From the NCBI GenBank assembly GCA_964016885.1, contig OZ024751.1, forward strand, positions 49,662,001 through 49,726,000: DNA of 64,000 nt, written 5' to 3'. The DNA comes from Eledone cirrhosa. Its lineage: Eukaryota. Positions 13,129 to 28,760 of this stretch are shown in pieces. Positions within the stretch are counted from its first letter, which is position 1. Each line of letters opens with the position of its first letter. The notes below the pieces were generated by a model. It was not told the origin of the DNA, ran no database searches, and worked only from the letters and a program-made list of their open reading frames with translations. Made by a program: the position numbers and the translations under genes.

Positions 13129-14144
13129 TATACTCGTATATAAATATACATACATACGTATTTTTAGCCCTCCGTCAAGTTCTCTATTTGATTCAAGCAA
13201 CTGAACTTCCAACCAAGAAAATGAAACGTATAAGACGCAGAGCCATTCCAAAACGCTTCACATGTCCCACTATCTTGCTACTGGGGTTGATGATTTTACT
13301 GTGATACAATGTGTGATAAAGCTGACCTCTTGAATTACATGTTCAGTTGAATGGACTTGAGAGAGATAGTACGACAGAGAGAGAGAGAGAGAAAGTGTGT
13401 GTGTGTATGTGAGAGAGAGAGAGATTAGACAGATACATTAGGTTTATACTCATAGTGAATTAGTTAAATCTGTATCTCGAGTTTCAGGCCAGCTATATTA
13501 GCTACATATGCTCTAGTATTTCATGCAGCTTTTGAACAACATCTCAAATTATGATGGAGGATTGAAACACAACTCAACATAAAATATGTTTATACATATG
13601 TGTATATGTATATATATATATATATATAGGTATGCATGTATGTATGAATGTGTACATATGTATATGTATATATGTATGTGTATATGTATGTATGCATGTT
13701 TATAGTTAAATGATGCGTGCATATTTCATACCACACATATGATATAGATATAGTCAGCTTTATTAGTAGTAGTTATCAGTTAGTTCGTCAAATTTCTTTC
13801 ATCACACATTCTCTGTCCTTATCAATGAGTATGTGTTTCCTTCTGTACCTCCTCTACTTTTTGCTTATTTCTGTTTACTCCGTCTAAAAGAGAATAAGCG
13901 GAGAAAGAAGAGGAGGCATATAGGTAAAATATTATCCATTGAGGATGGTGCAGAATGTGTGTCAGTATGTTTTACTAGCAATATGACCATCCCCAAGTAT
14001 AAAGGTATCTCTTTCAACAGACAGTTTCACGTAAAAAATCTTGCAAAACAAATTCACACAGACACACACACATACACAAATACACACATACACACACGCA
14101 GAGACAGACAGACACACACACACACACAGACTCACACACATACA

Positions 14145-14186
<42 letters not shown>

Positions 14187-14796
14187 AATGATATTAATAA
14201 ATGGTGGAAACTATATTTATAAAACCATATTTATTCTATCATACATACTAGCAGAAAACCACCTGAAGGGTATTTTTTCTAGTGTGTATATTGATATTAT
14301 ACGCAAATATATATATACATGTAGATATGATACATCAAATAAAATCGTAATTGACAATATACAGACAAATTGAACGAAGACTGTGTTACACTGTTTTATG
14401 CAATCCATGATACATTAAAAAAAGATATTATATATAAACTGCATTAGGAAAAAATTAGTGACAGAGAATTAGTATGTTTATTCAAGCGATCACCAACCGG
14501 AAGTGTTGACATTTCAGAAATTTTAAACAAGTGAATCTTTAAATAAACAAAAGATATTTAATCAACAGTCACGAAATTTAGTAGATAAATTATGTAATAT
14601 TCATTAATTATTTATTCAAAGTAATCCAACTTATTTTACTAATGTCATGAAAAATTATAAACCGTACGCAGTCCAGCGCTCCTCCCTTCATTATAGTTTA
14701 GATTAGTTGGGATAGTAGAGTGTAACTACATTAAATAGTCGCCTCCTGGCGGCTGAGCTCAGCCGTCCGCCCCGACGCTTTATACAGAAGAGTGGG

Positions 14797-15088
14797 TAAT
14801 ATGAAAAGATTCAGGACCCCGACGGCTTAGCTCCGGCAGTTCGACAGCTAGATCGATTCTAGCTGTCAAAGCGGCCGGCGCTCAGCCGTCGGGGTCCTTA
14901 ATCTTTTCATATATATACATATATATGTATATATATATATAACGAAGGAGGTGTGGTAAGGGACCAGATGGACCATAATGCACCAGAGTACTCAATACTT
15001 AGAGCAGTAGAGTGGGTAATAGGAAAATGTTTGATCCCGACGGCAGAGCTCAAGCCGTTTCCACGGCTATTTCTGGGTCAAACATTTT

Positions 15089-15090
<2 letters not shown>
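14797..15090. mobile_element. Two adjacent fold-back family 2 copies separated by (TA)n
   Basis: Hairpin gaaaagattcaggaccccgacggc...gccgtcggggtccttaatcttttc (14797-14910) and aacgaaggaggtgtggtaaggg...gccgtttccacggcta (14940-15090). Confidence 0.75.
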
Positions 15091-15124
<34 letters not shown>

Positions 15125-15128
15125 CTTA

Positions 15129-15395
<267 letters not shown>

Positions 15396-15637
15396 TTAGA
15401 GCAAAAATAACGAGCACTCTATCTCAAAATTATTTTTGAAAAGAATGAGAAATGCGCAACCGGTAAAAACTTAAAACTAAAACTAAATACTAACTAATAC
15501 TTATTACTAATTTATACTTATTGCTAATAAAACTATTTTCCACTGGGAAAAATTTGTCACCATTTTCTTTTTTACTAATATATCACAACGCGTGTGTCAC
15601 ACCTCTATTTTTATATTTTTATATTTTTATATTTTTA

Positions 15638-15716
<79 letters not shown>

Positions 15717-15937
15717 AACAATAACAAAATATAGTTAAAGGTAGTCCAATTAGAGGTTGTGAATACTTCTTATTATGAATAGTTTTAGCGTACGGCGTTG
15801 CTTGACTCAACAAGAGGTTTACGTATATGACGAGTTTATGATTTCACTTGTGTTCCTATGTAAGTTTATCTTGGAGTAATAAAATTGAAAAAGTGGAAAA
15901 TAACATGGTCAACAGTACAAAAAGGGGGATTTATTTG

Positions 15938-16047
15938 CAGTCTAACAATTTTTTCATTGATAGAGTTGTCTAAAAATTGCTGAACACTGAAAACAATGCC
16001 ACTCAATTTTAAATACGATGTTAACTCTACTAGATCATCAGAAACTG
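15938..16047 (-). ncRNA. Type I hammerhead ribozyme with long stem II, downstream of PLE endonuclease
   Basis: rc: CAGTTT CTGATGA ...TAGAGTT...AACTCTA... GAAA AAATTG TT AGACTG; 6-bp stem I. Confidence 0.72.
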
Positions 16048-16769
16048 TTAAAAAAATATATATATATGTAACCGGCAAATTTACAAATTCAAATTACATC
16101 ATCAATAATAATATTAATAATAAAGATATAGAAAGAAAAGGAGGAAGAAAGGGAGATAGAATCAGTAAAGAAAGAAGGGAAAGGAAGGAGAAATAAGAAG
16201 AAGGAAAAAGAAAAAGAAAAAGAAAAAGAGAAAGAAGAAGAAAAGGAGAATTTATTGTAGATAGAAATATAAAGAGAGGAAGATATATAGAAGATGATGG
16301 TATATAGACGAGAGACAAACATAAGTATGAATAACGTAGGATAGAGAGAAGAGAATAGAGTGACAAATAGATGAATAAACTTTAATGCATGAATAAATGT
16401 AAATAAAAATAGAAATAGATATATAAATATATATATATGAAAAAATGGTGAAAAATATGATAATGTTAAATATATTTATGTGTGTATTGGCTATTTTAAT
16501 AAATTAATAAATTAATTGGTTTATAAGTTATATTATATGATAAAATTAAATGACAGATATGAAATAAATTTAGGTAAAGAAATATTAAGATAAAGAGTGA
16601 AAAGTAGAGATATATAAAATAAGAATGTAAATATAAGAGGTTTTGATGTTGTTCTTTAATAGATGGTGACAATTATAATTATAATGATGATGATGTTGAT
16701 AATGTGATATCATTATAGATCCAAGTGGTACAATTTGGGTTATGGAATAGATAAGATGGAATTATGCTG

Positions 16770-17025
16770 GTCTAAAGTTCTCAAATTTAGTTGCCGATTT
16801 ATGTCGACAAAAAATGTTTTTTTTCAATTTTACTGTTAAGAAGAATTTTGGTGTAATTTAAAATTTGGAAAAGTTCCATATCCAGAGACCACAGTGGGAC
16901 ATACCGATTTGATAGGCCTTTGCTTTTGATAGCTTTGTCCAGCTGATTTTATTATCCATGTTTGCATCTTTAAGTTGCCAGATTTTTTTGGCGAGAGTCG
17001 TTGTCTTTGAGAGATTCCTGTTAGT
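16770..17025 (-). pseudogene. Penelope-like element GIY-YIG endonuclease C-terminal fragment (Neptune/Nematis-like)
   Basis: TTTLAKKIWQLKDANMDNKISWTKLSKAKAYQIGMSHCGLW ... LLNSK ... CRHK matches the recalled PLE pattern T.L.K.IW.LK...W.I...AK.Y...C.LC...LLN.R.E...CRH. Confidence 0.75.
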
Positions 17026-17143
17026 CATAGTGACTATGTACGTACCACCTTTTCTCAAACTCCCCAGCTGTGGAACCAATGTAATGCAATGCTAAGCTAC
17101 TTGAATTTATAGTACATAGGTGTACTACATTTGTCTCTAGGCA

Positions 17144-17188
<45 letters not shown>

Positions 17189-17322
17189 GTTTAAATTTGG
17201 TGGTTTACTACTGGGTAGAATTGGTCATTCTGCAATGCGAACCATGACGTAATATGACGTCATTTCCCTTTATAATATATATATATATATATGTGTGTAT
17301 GTGTGTGTGTCTGTGTGTGTGT

Positions 17323-17381
<59 letters not shown>

Positions 17382-17951
17382 CCATGTTACATTCTAACGT
17401 TTACATTTCCTAAAATTCCTCAATAATTTTTTTTTTTTTTTGAAAGCTGCATTCTAATTTCCTTTTACTAAACACGTCTAACATATATATAATATAATGT
17501 TTAAAACAAATGTTTACTCTTACTTCACATTTAATATTTTAGTTTTCATTTGTGGGTTTTTATTTTTATTTTATTTTTTTTTCGCTTTCCATTTTTGCTT
17601 GCCGGGGAGTTTGTTTTTATATTACTACTCTTGTTTGCATCTATAATGTTTACTTTATTCATTTCGTGTTCAGAGAATATTATATATTTCCACAATACAG
17701 TAAATTATTTAACTTATTGTTTTCTAAAGTGCTATTTAAGTATAAATGACACAAAGAATCAGGCTGCGTTTTTCTTTAAGATTTTCTTACAATTACATTT
17801 TACTATTTCTAATTCAAATATAGTTTCATGTTTGAAATTCAATTCATAAGAAGAGAAAAAGTTTTCGCTATGCTGACGATTGTCTTGTTTGGTTTTATTC
17901 ATGTATAAAATCTGTAAAGTTCTTTGATATTTAAACTTAATGAAATCATAT

Positions 17952-18050
<99 letters not shown>

Positions 18051-18076
18051 GTGTGTATATATATATATATACACAC

Positions 18077-18116
<40 letters not shown>

Positions 18117-18163
18117 GTGTGTATATATATATATATATATACATATGTGTGTGTATATATATA

Positions 18164-18338
<175 letters not shown>

Positions 18339-18705
18339 TGTGTGTGTTTATTTATATGAATTATGTACGTATATCATATCGAAGAATGTATAAGCGCACA
18401 CATTGGAATCATGCAAATACACAGAGTCAAGAACACATATCCTCACGAACTCACACACGCCGCAGACACACGCGCGTACATGACACACATACACACATAT
18501 GTATATGTGTATATATATATATATGTATATATTTAGTGGTAAACTAATATACTTTTTTCCATGTACAATGCCGTTTGTTTTGTTGTTTCTGTTAACGACT
18601 TATATATATATATATATGTATATGGGCTAAAATTAATAGATTGGTAAATATATAGACCTAAAGGCAGACAAACAAAACTGAAGAGAGAGAGAGAGGGGAG
18701 AGAGG

Positions 18706-18829
<124 letters not shown>

Positions 18830-19135
18830 ATGAGTGGCAATGATTTCCGTGAGTAATTTTAATTTTAATGACCCCAGAACCATGAGATGAAAATCTTCTT
18901 TACTATAGACACTAAAACTATTTTGATTATTTTAATTATCTCTTTTGTGGTGCCGTTCCGAATCTTGAAAGGACTGACTTCTACATTCTATATAATAACA
19001 GGGATTTACCCTCATTTAAAAGTCTAGCAAGGACCAAGAATGAAGTCGGAACTAAAGAGATTCAACTCTCGAAATCTATTTTATTAATGAAGTCCTAATA
19101 CTGATTTCTGGAATAGTCACATTATTTCCTAAATT

Positions 19136-19320
19136 GGTGGATTGGCAGTATCGGTAGAGGGTCAGACGCCATGCTTTGACGCATAGAGTTACGGCCCTTG
19201 CCATTCTGAGTTCAAATCCTGCCGAGGTTAACTTTGCTTTTCATCCTTACGGGGTCAATAAAATAAAGTACCAGTAATGCACTGGGTAATTTTGCTGGCC
19301 TTGTGCCAAAAGTAGAAACA
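19136..19320 (+). mobile_element. SINE family A with 15-bp TSD
   Basis: TSD attatttcctaaatt at 19121-19135 and 19321-19335. Confidence 0.93.
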
Positions 19321-19610
19321 ATTATTTCCTAAATTTGGAATGGGATAAGTTCGCCAGTCATAAATTTTACTTCAGTAAAAACACTACTAATGTACCAAAC
19401 GGTATGAAAACATAAGCAAAATATGACTAAGAAAATAATTTTTATTCCAACTTTATTTAACTAGGCAGAGAATACAAGCTAAGAAAGGTTTTCCATATAC
19501 TAATAGTCTTAAACGCTTGTCAGCTTAACTAATTTGAAGAAATATATCGAAAGTAAAAAGAAACAGTAATTTTTACATATAACTCAGTTTATTGAAACAT
19601 ATACATATGC

Positions 19611-19692
<82 letters not shown>

Positions 19693-19800
19693 GTGTGTGT
19701 GTGTGTGTATATATGAATATATTTAGAAGTTTAAAAAATATGAAATATTTTAGTGTATAATCCTAATGAAACAGACTTTCTATTATATATACGTATATGC

Positions 19801-19831
<31 letters not shown>

Positions 19832-19924
19832 TATGTATATATGCATGTATATATACATATATATTTGTATATATGTGTATATATATATATGTGTGTGTGT
19901 GTATGTGTGTGTGCGTGTGTGTGC

Positions 19925-19965
<41 letters not shown>

Positions 19966-20035
19966 TATGTAATTATATATATATATATATGTGTGTCTGT
20001 AGAGAGAGAGAGAGAATTAGATAGGTAGATAAATG

Positions 20036-20070
<35 letters not shown>

Positions 20071-20303
20071 ATACGTATATATATCACAGATTAGAAGATG
20101 TGTAATCAAATGTCCAAACCAAAGGAAGCTCTTTCATCAATATAAACACAAAATAGACAATATAGAAAACTCAGCTAAATATTTTAATCTGAAGTACAAA
20201 GAGAATGTTGAGGAACTTGTCGATAGATATAATTTGTTCTGGTCCTCTGAAGTAGTTGTTGCTGCACTCTTACACAATCATAAAGATACATAAACTCACA
20301 CAT

Positions 20304-20362
<59 letters not shown>

Positions 20363-20451
20363 GAGGTTATATTTAATTTATTGGGATGTAACAAGCTTAA
20401 AATGTTTTATAACTGATATAAAACACTCAATAGTTTAGTGGAGTAAATATT

Positions 20452-20484
<33 letters not shown>

Positions 20485-20492
<8 letters not shown>

Positions 20493-20560
20493 CTTTTATA
20501 CTCTGCAATGTATTGGGTACCTTACTTACTGTGGTTACCTCCGATTCAACCCGGAATAAC

Positions 20561-20613
<53 letters not shown>

Positions 20614-20794
20614 GAGAGAGAGAGAGAGAGTGAGAGAGAGAGAGAGAGAGATAGAGAGGTAAGTTATGCCAGGTTGAATCCGAGGTAACCACAGTAAGTA
20701 AGGTACTCAATACATAGCAGAGTATAAAAGTTTTAATATAGAAGAGCTTCTACAGGACTAGAACTGTTTCATTCGTCAGAAATTATCAGGAATC
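20485..20794. mobile_element. Family 3 element as inverted arms around (TA)n(GA)n; minus-strand HHR with CTGATAA (G8A) core at 20745-20794
   Basis: tatactctgcaatgtattgggtaccttacttactgtggttacc vs ggtaaccacagtaagtaaggtactcaatacatagcagagtata. Confidence 0.75.
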
Positions 20795-20807
20795 TGATAC
20801 ATACACA

Positions 20808-20875
<68 letters not shown>

Positions 20876-20992
20876 CATATATATATTAATATATATGTAC
20901 ATATATATATTAATATATATGTACATATACACACCCACATATATATTTATATATATTTATATTTATATTTATATTTATATTTATATATATAT

Positions 20993-21701
20993 CGTTTCTG
21001 AATTTGTTTAGCAAGATTCTTTATCTGAGAACGTGTTGAAACCGATATTGTTATACTTTGGGAGAGTCATGTTGCCAATAAGAAACACACGCACCAGTTC
21101 ACGGACAATTAAATGAAGAACACTGGCGAGAGCTTCAAGATAGAAAAGAATCACCAACATGCTAAAATAGAACATAAGGGCAAATTAGAGAACATAGAAA
21201 TAAAAATAAAATCTACATACAGAAAAGACGCAATGTTTAGACAAATCACAGAGGCAATAAACATAAATGAACCCCAACCAAAATTAAATAGAAAACATGA
21301 ATGGAATAGCAACATCACAACTTACAATAAAGGACAAAATGAAAACACACACATAGAACAAACAACCAACCAGTAACATGTAAATAAACAAATAAAAACA
21401 CACAAAGACACCCGGACGTAACACATGCGCAAACTAAGCACACAACACACACAACAACAAGATGGCGTAGGACAGAACAAAGGAGAGGCACAAAACAAAG
21501 AAAAGAATCCCCCAGTCACTGAAGAGGTCACAGAGTGTGTGACGAAAGAACTTTGACAATATATGAACAACCGTCCGGTTGTGGAACCAACCAGCCAACC
21601 GGAAATTTATAAATTTTTAAATTTATAATTTAATTTATAATAAATTGGAGTTAAATCAACTGGTGGGTGTGTTTCTTATTCGCAACATAAAAAGTATAAA
21701 C

Positions 21702-21705
<4 letters not shown>
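20993..21705 (+). mobile_element. Penelope-like element fragment: GIY-YIG C-terminus + 3' UTR + inverted pLTR piece
   Basis: ORF 21113-21376 HAKIEHKGKLENIEIKIKSTYRKDAMFRQITEAININEPQPKLNRKHEW has the R..EA..I...P.LN..EW motif; 21070-21099 is inverted at 21658-21687; (TA)n on both sides. Confidence 0.8.
21515..21557 (+). ncRNA. Minimal type I hammerhead ribozyme in PLE 3' region
   Basis: GTCA CTGAAGA G GTCACA GAGTG TGTGAC GAAA GAAC TT TGAC. Confidence 0.78.
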
Positions 21706-21738
<33 letters not shown>

Positions 21739-22049
21739 ACTACATAAACACAGAAAGCTTTTAGCGATACTCCGACCAATTTCCAACTCACTCAACAAAC
21801 ATTAGGGAATACCGGAGTATATTCCCAATTAAACGTTTGGAGTGCTAACTATATTGTATTGTGTGGATAATTGGCTGTATTATTTTATATGAGATATATT
21901 AAAGATCTCATATATATATAATTGAATATAAAAGAGAGATAAACACAGATATACACATATATGTGTTCAATATATATATATTTATATATATATACAAATA
22001 GTAATAAAAATGAAATTAAACAAAAAACGGTTAATTCATAGTACAACTC

Positions 22050-22145
22050 ATTATTTTACGATCCTTTCTGTGGGGTAGTTCCCCGTATGCCCATTTGAAA
22101 GAAAATATACATACGTCTTCACTACCCGCCGTCTTCAGAAATAAT
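22050..22145 (-). ncRNA. Hammerhead ribozyme, family 1
   Basis: rc: ATTATTT CTGAAGA cggcgggtag...ctacccc aca GAAA GGATCG TA AAATAAT. Confidence 0.65.
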
Positions 22146-22299
22146 TATTTCTGAAGACGGCGGGTAGTGAAGACGTATGTATATACAGATAAATCCACCA
22201 AGTAACGGTAGGGTCTAAGCCGTATGAAGAACTCAATGTAATCCGTATGTAGAAGATGTCGTGAAGCAAAGTTTAAAATACAAAATTTTCAACGATATA

Positions 22300-22440
22300 A
22301 TTATTTCTGAAGACGGCGGGTAGTGAAGACGTATGTATATTTTCTTACTGTGATATTTTGTAATATATTTTACATAGATTAATAATAGAATGGGCATACG
22401 GGGAATTACCCCCCCCCCCCCGAAACGATCGTAAAATAAT
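22300..22440 (+). ncRNA. Hammerhead ribozyme with ~108-nt stem II, family 1
   Basis: ATTATTT CTGAAGA [gggtagt/attaccc, cgtatgt/gcatacg] GAAA CGATCG TA AAATAAT; 7-bp stem I, palindromic stem III, GUA triplet. Confidence 0.8.
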
Positions 22441-22785
22441 GAGTCGTTCTATGAATTAACCGTTTTTTGTTTAATTTCATTGTTTTATTATTTGTATTTT
22501 TGACTCTGTATCCAATGAATTATATCGTTGAAAGTTTTGTATTTTAAACTTTGCTTCACGACATCTTCTACATACGGATTACATTGAGTTCTTCATACGG
22601 TTTAGACCCTACCATTGATTGGTAGATTTATCTGTATATATATATATATATGTAGATAAATCTACCAAGAGTTTACGGTAGTGTCCAATCCGTATGAAGA
22701 ACTCAATGTATTCCGGATATCATGGAAAGAAGAGATGTAATGAAAAATCACTTTCGGTGAAAGATAAACGGAATACAGAGTCAAG

Positions 22786-23211
22786 ATAAAATATTAAACA
22801 AATAATGAATAAAACAATGAAACAGTTCCTTATATTAAACAAAAAAAGTTCATTATTTAACGATCGTTTCTAGGATATATATGTGTTAGAATTGGCATGC
22901 ATATTCAACAGATCTATGTACAAAATTATACAAAATTATACAAACTATCAAGATTAAATATACATACCAACACATATATATGCCGTCTTCAGAAATAATT
23001 ATTTCTGAAGACGGCATATATATGTGTTGGTATGTATATTTAATCTTGATAGTTTGTATAATTTTGTATAATTTTGTACATAGATCTGTTGAATATGCAT
23101 GCCAATTCTAACACATATATATCCTAGAAACGATCGTTAAATAATGAACTTTTTTTGTTTAATATAAGGAACTGTTTCATTGTTTTATTCATTATTTGTT
23201 TAATATTTTAT
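22786..23211. repeat. 426-bp spacer-less palindrome of two divergent family-1 hammerheads (22852-22999 minus; 22998-23145 plus)
   Basis: Axis between 22998 and 22999 (tcttcagaaataattatttctgaaga); arms checked by eye without mismatch; each has CTGAAGA...GAAA CGATCG TT AAATAAT. Confidence 0.88.
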
Positions 23212-23281
23212 ATATATATATATATATATATAACACTCATATATACATGCATATATAATATACACATATATATATATAAAT

Positions 23282-23324
<43 letters not shown>

Positions 23325-23574
23325 TAAACGGAATAGAAAATGCTGACAAATTGTTCACAGTTGAAAAATGGTTTAATTAGGAATAAAAGAGTATTAGTGA
23401 TTGTATGGGTTAGTATTCAGTTGTGGTTTTAAGTTTTTAAGTTTTAGGTTGAGACGCTTTATATATATACATATGGTGTATATATATGAAGATATATATA
23501 CGCTGGGATACTATACAATAGTTTATACAATAGAGTAATGTCCCTTAATGACGAAAAGAGAAATTTAGTAGAAA

Positions 23575-24000
<426 letters not shown>

Positions 24001-24407
24001 ACAATCACAGCTACTAAGTGTCAAGCTAGCAATTTAATATACTGAGTTAGTACTGTGGGAATTGAAACGCTGTGAAACCACCTATTGCAAGGTGTAATGG
24101 TAAATAAGCTAAACTAAACAAACCAGTAGGTGGCGTGTGTGTGGTGGGGGAGGTGGAGGATTTGATGATAATAGAGCGCCGCTGGGAGCATCTATAGCAT
24201 TTACCGCGCCACTGTACGCGTTGCATGTAAAGAAGCAGAGATGAAGGGAGGTAATTCGTTGGGTAAATAATTAGTTTTTGAGGAGGGTGGGGGGCGTTTC
24301 TAATCTTACGTTCACCCTTATCGAACTAGAGAAGAATGAGTGTCCAAAGAAATTAGTATCAATGCTAACCAGCCCGAATTGTATTTCATTTCACGTCACC
24401 CGTAATT

Positions 24408-24416
24408 CTCTCGCTC

Positions 24417-24448
<32 letters not shown>

Positions 24449-24551
24449 GCTCTCTCTCTCTCTCACTCTCTCTCTCTCGCTCTCGCTCTCTCTCTCATTC
24501 TCTCATTCTCTCTCGCTCTTTCTCTCTCTCTCATTCTCTCATTCTCTCTCG

Positions 24552-24618
<67 letters not shown>

Positions 24619-24893
24619 TCTCTCTCTCGTTCTCTCTCTCTCTCGCTCTCTCTCTCTCTCGCTCTCTCTTTATCTCACGCTCTCTTCGTCTCTCTATTTC
24701 TCTCCGTGTTTTTGTTCTTTCTCTCTCTCTCTCTGTCTTGTTCTCTCTTTTTCTCTCACTCTCTCTCTCTTTCTCTCTCTCTCTGTCTTTTACTCTCTCT
24801 CTCTCTCTCTCTCTCTCTTTGTTTCTTTCTTTCTCTCTTTCTTTTTCTCTCTCTCTCCCTCTCTCTCTCCCTCTCTCTCTCTCTCTCTTTCTC
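24408..24893. repeat. Degenerate (CT)n polypyrimidine tract
   Basis: Direct reading. Confidence 0.95.
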
Positions 24894-25330
24894 GTTGTAT
24901 GTATATGTATATAAATATATATGTATGCGTGTACGTGTGTAATATGCATATCACTGTGTATGTGTGTATGTGCGTGTGTGTGTGTGTGTGTATGTGAGTG
25001 TGTGTGTGTGTGTGTATGTGAGTGTGTGTGTGTGTGTGTGTGAGTGTGTGTGTGTATATGTGAGTGTGTGTGTGAGTGTGTGTGTGTGTGTATGTGAGTG
25101 TGTGTGTGTGTGTGTGAGAGTGCACATGAGTGTAGCACTGTTAGTATCAATTCTGTATACCCGCAACATTAGTAGATTAATACTCTTTCACAAAAGTTGG
25201 TAAATTTGACAAATACGCTGAGGTTGTCACACACCTACACTCCCTCCTACACATCATTTTCTTCTCTTGTTTTTTTCTCTTTCTTTGTGTATATATAATA
25301 TATATATTATAATATATGTGTGTGTGTGAG

Positions 25331-25363
<33 letters not shown>

Positions 25364-25394
25364 TTATAATATATGTGTGTGTGTGTGTGTGTGA

Positions 25395-25431
<37 letters not shown>

Positions 25432-25433
25432 TA

Positions 25434-25558
<125 letters not shown>

Positions 25559-25559
25559 T

Positions 25560-25621
<62 letters not shown>

Positions 25622-25627
25622 TGTATA

Positions 25628-25705
<78 letters not shown>

Positions 25706-26366
25706 AAGAGAGAGAGGGGAGGGGGGCGTAAGAAACAGGTACAGAGACAGAGGTATATGGTGGGTATGGGTGAGCAGTGTATATATTCTAATGTGTCTAT
25801 TGACGTGTCTGAGATGTTTAAATGATAAGCTTATACGTGCCGATATAACTCTGTTGTACGAGCCTCTATAGATTCAAAGTTGAAGAATGACAATGCCAAA
25901 ATATTCAAAGGTTTTCTTTCATTTCAACTTCCAGACTATCCGATATACATCATATGATTATATCGACTTATGCCACATCATATTAAACCATCACCATCTA
26001 TGGGAGGTATGCAGTGTATATATTTCATTGAATGGTTCCAGCATGAGAAATTTGAAATCTTAGTATTTTTGGTGTTCGACTCTTGATATATTAGTATTTT
26101 TGGTTTTCGACTCGAATAGGCGAGTTCGATTCCCAGCGCCGCGTTTTTTCTTTTTAAAAGACATTTTATTTTGCGCTGCTTCAATCCGGCGAAATTAGTT
26201 GTAGCTATAATTCAAAGGTTCAATCTTTCCATAAACTGTATCACGCTGAATCAACCTGAGTGTTACATTAAGAGTGAACAAGTCTGACGACGTAAATTCC
26301 ATGTGTTAGTTCAATTATTAGTGAGGTAACTATACTAGAAATCATTATTAGTCAAGTAACTAGTAA

Positions 26367-26550
26367 AAGGGCGGTGAATTGGCAGTATCGGTAGAGGGTC
26401 GGACATGCTTTCCAGCATAGTTACATCCCTTTACAATCTGAGTTCACATCCTGCCGAGGTTAACTTTGCCTTTCATCCTTACGGGGTCGATAAAATAAAG
26501 TACCAGTAATGTACTGGGTAATTTCTGGCCTTGTGCCTAAAATAGAAACA
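26367..26550 (+). mobile_element. SINE family A with 19-bp TSD
   Basis: TSD attattagtcaagtaacta at 26344-26362 and 26551-26569. Confidence 0.93.
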
Positions 26551-26639
26551 ATTATTAGTCAAGTAACTAATCAATTCTCCGATCACAGAAAAAGAAGTGT
26601 AACAAATTTAACAAAAACAAAACGTATGGGACAGAGAGA

Positions 26640-26810
26640 CTGGCATAAATAGTCACTGAAATGGTCACAGATATGTGACGAAACTGTTTGATAATTGAAC
26701 AATCTTCCGCTTACAAAACAAACCGAGGATTGGATTGTTTAGCTGACTAATAATAGAGTGGTGCGTGTATTTTTAATAGGGGTATGTACCTCCAAATATA
26801 GAATAATATA
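26640..26810 (+). mobile_element. PLE pLTR fragment related to 21480-21705, with degenerate HHR
   Basis: gtcactgaaatggtcacagatatgtgacgaaactgtttga aligns with the 21515 HHR. Confidence 0.55.
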
Positions 26811-27001
26811 TTTGAATACCTAAACGTTCCAAAGCAGATAATAAACGTAATATTAGTTAATTGCTACAGATATTAGTTGAGAAATTACCGATTTCCAGAT
26901 ACACATTTATTAAATATATTTACATATATATATAATATGAAATTAACGAAGTAATAAGCCAACGTTCTCGTATATAACAAAAATAACAAAACAAACCGCA
27001 T

Positions 27002-27362
<361 letters not shown>

Positions 27363-28030
27363 GAGTATGGGGGCTGGTGCGTGTGCATCTTTGTCTGTCT
27401 GTCTCTGTCTATGCGTCAGTGTATGTATGCACATTGGTTGTAAGAAACATACATCGTCGTACATCTAATATACAACTTCATCTCAGATACGTTGAGGAAC
27501 GAAATTACCACTAATGTGTCTTCTTTATATATTTATTATGTCCGCTAATGACTTAGTAGATGTAGGGTTAAGTGACAGCTATTTTGATGCATTCCCTCAC
27601 ATAAATAACAGTCATCATTTCTTTGTCTCTCTGTTAACAAATATATAATTACATATATTTCTCTAAAAATTCTTGTGCTAACCTTTTAGCAAAGCAACAA
27701 TATTATACTTATGTTGATGATAAGAAATAGATGTGAAACGTTTCGCAGATATCTTACGCCCTTGTTCGTCTCCAACAAATTATATTTCTGTTTTCACTAC
27801 GTATTATATCTTACTTAACAATAAACTAATGGATTGGACGATCTTAAAGAAGAAATTAATCAAAATCAGAAACAAGTCTCAGGATATTCTATCCGACATC
27901 GTGCGCTGGGAAGGGAATCCGCTTTTCAACTTTTTTTTTGGGGGGGGGGGGGGGGGCATAGACAATTTAACTACCAGTCGAGTACTGGTGTTGATCGATC
28001 TCGTCTTTCCATCATTCGCTTTTTCTTCCC

Positions 28031-28084
<54 letters not shown>

Positions 28085-28097
28085 ATCTATCTATCTA

Positions 28098-28129
<32 letters not shown>

Positions 28130-28598
28130 ACTATCTCTCTCACTATCTGCACTCTATCTCGCTCTCTATATCTCCATCTCTCTATCTCTTTCTCTCTCTC
28201 TCTCGCTCTCTCTGTCGCCCTCCTCACTTTTCACTTCCTCTACCCAACTCTATAATATATTTATTTCTGGAAGACATGCTGTATGTCATGAAGGCGCCCC
28301 TAAGATACACTCAGGAGTCGAGGGTACAAGGAAATATAGATATAGATGCGTAAAAACGAAAAGTGGGACCTTTAACCTTCTGGCTGTTTGTGGCGTTTGT
28401 TAGATATCCCAGAGTTTCTATATTCGCAGCAGATTTCTCATTATGGATAACAATCTAGAAATAAATCTCTTCAGCGGACATTACAATAACACATACAGAC
28501 ACACACACAGAGAAACATATATACACATACACTTACACACATATATATACACACACACACACACACATATATAAAAACATATATACATATATACACAC

Positions 28599-28652
<54 letters not shown>

Positions 28653-28660
28653 GTATATAT

Positions 28661-28760
<100 letters not shown>

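Noticed and set aside
21762-21910. Dispersed repeat shared with 39305-39455
   Set aside because: Real homology, but no ribozyme, TIR or coding signature found, so left unclassified
27800-27910. Possible Tc1 transposase C-terminal remnant (LDDLKEEI)
   Set aside because: Too short and degenerate to support
28400-28482. Minus-strand CTGAAGA with downstream GAAA
   Set aside because: Could not build consistent stems I and III
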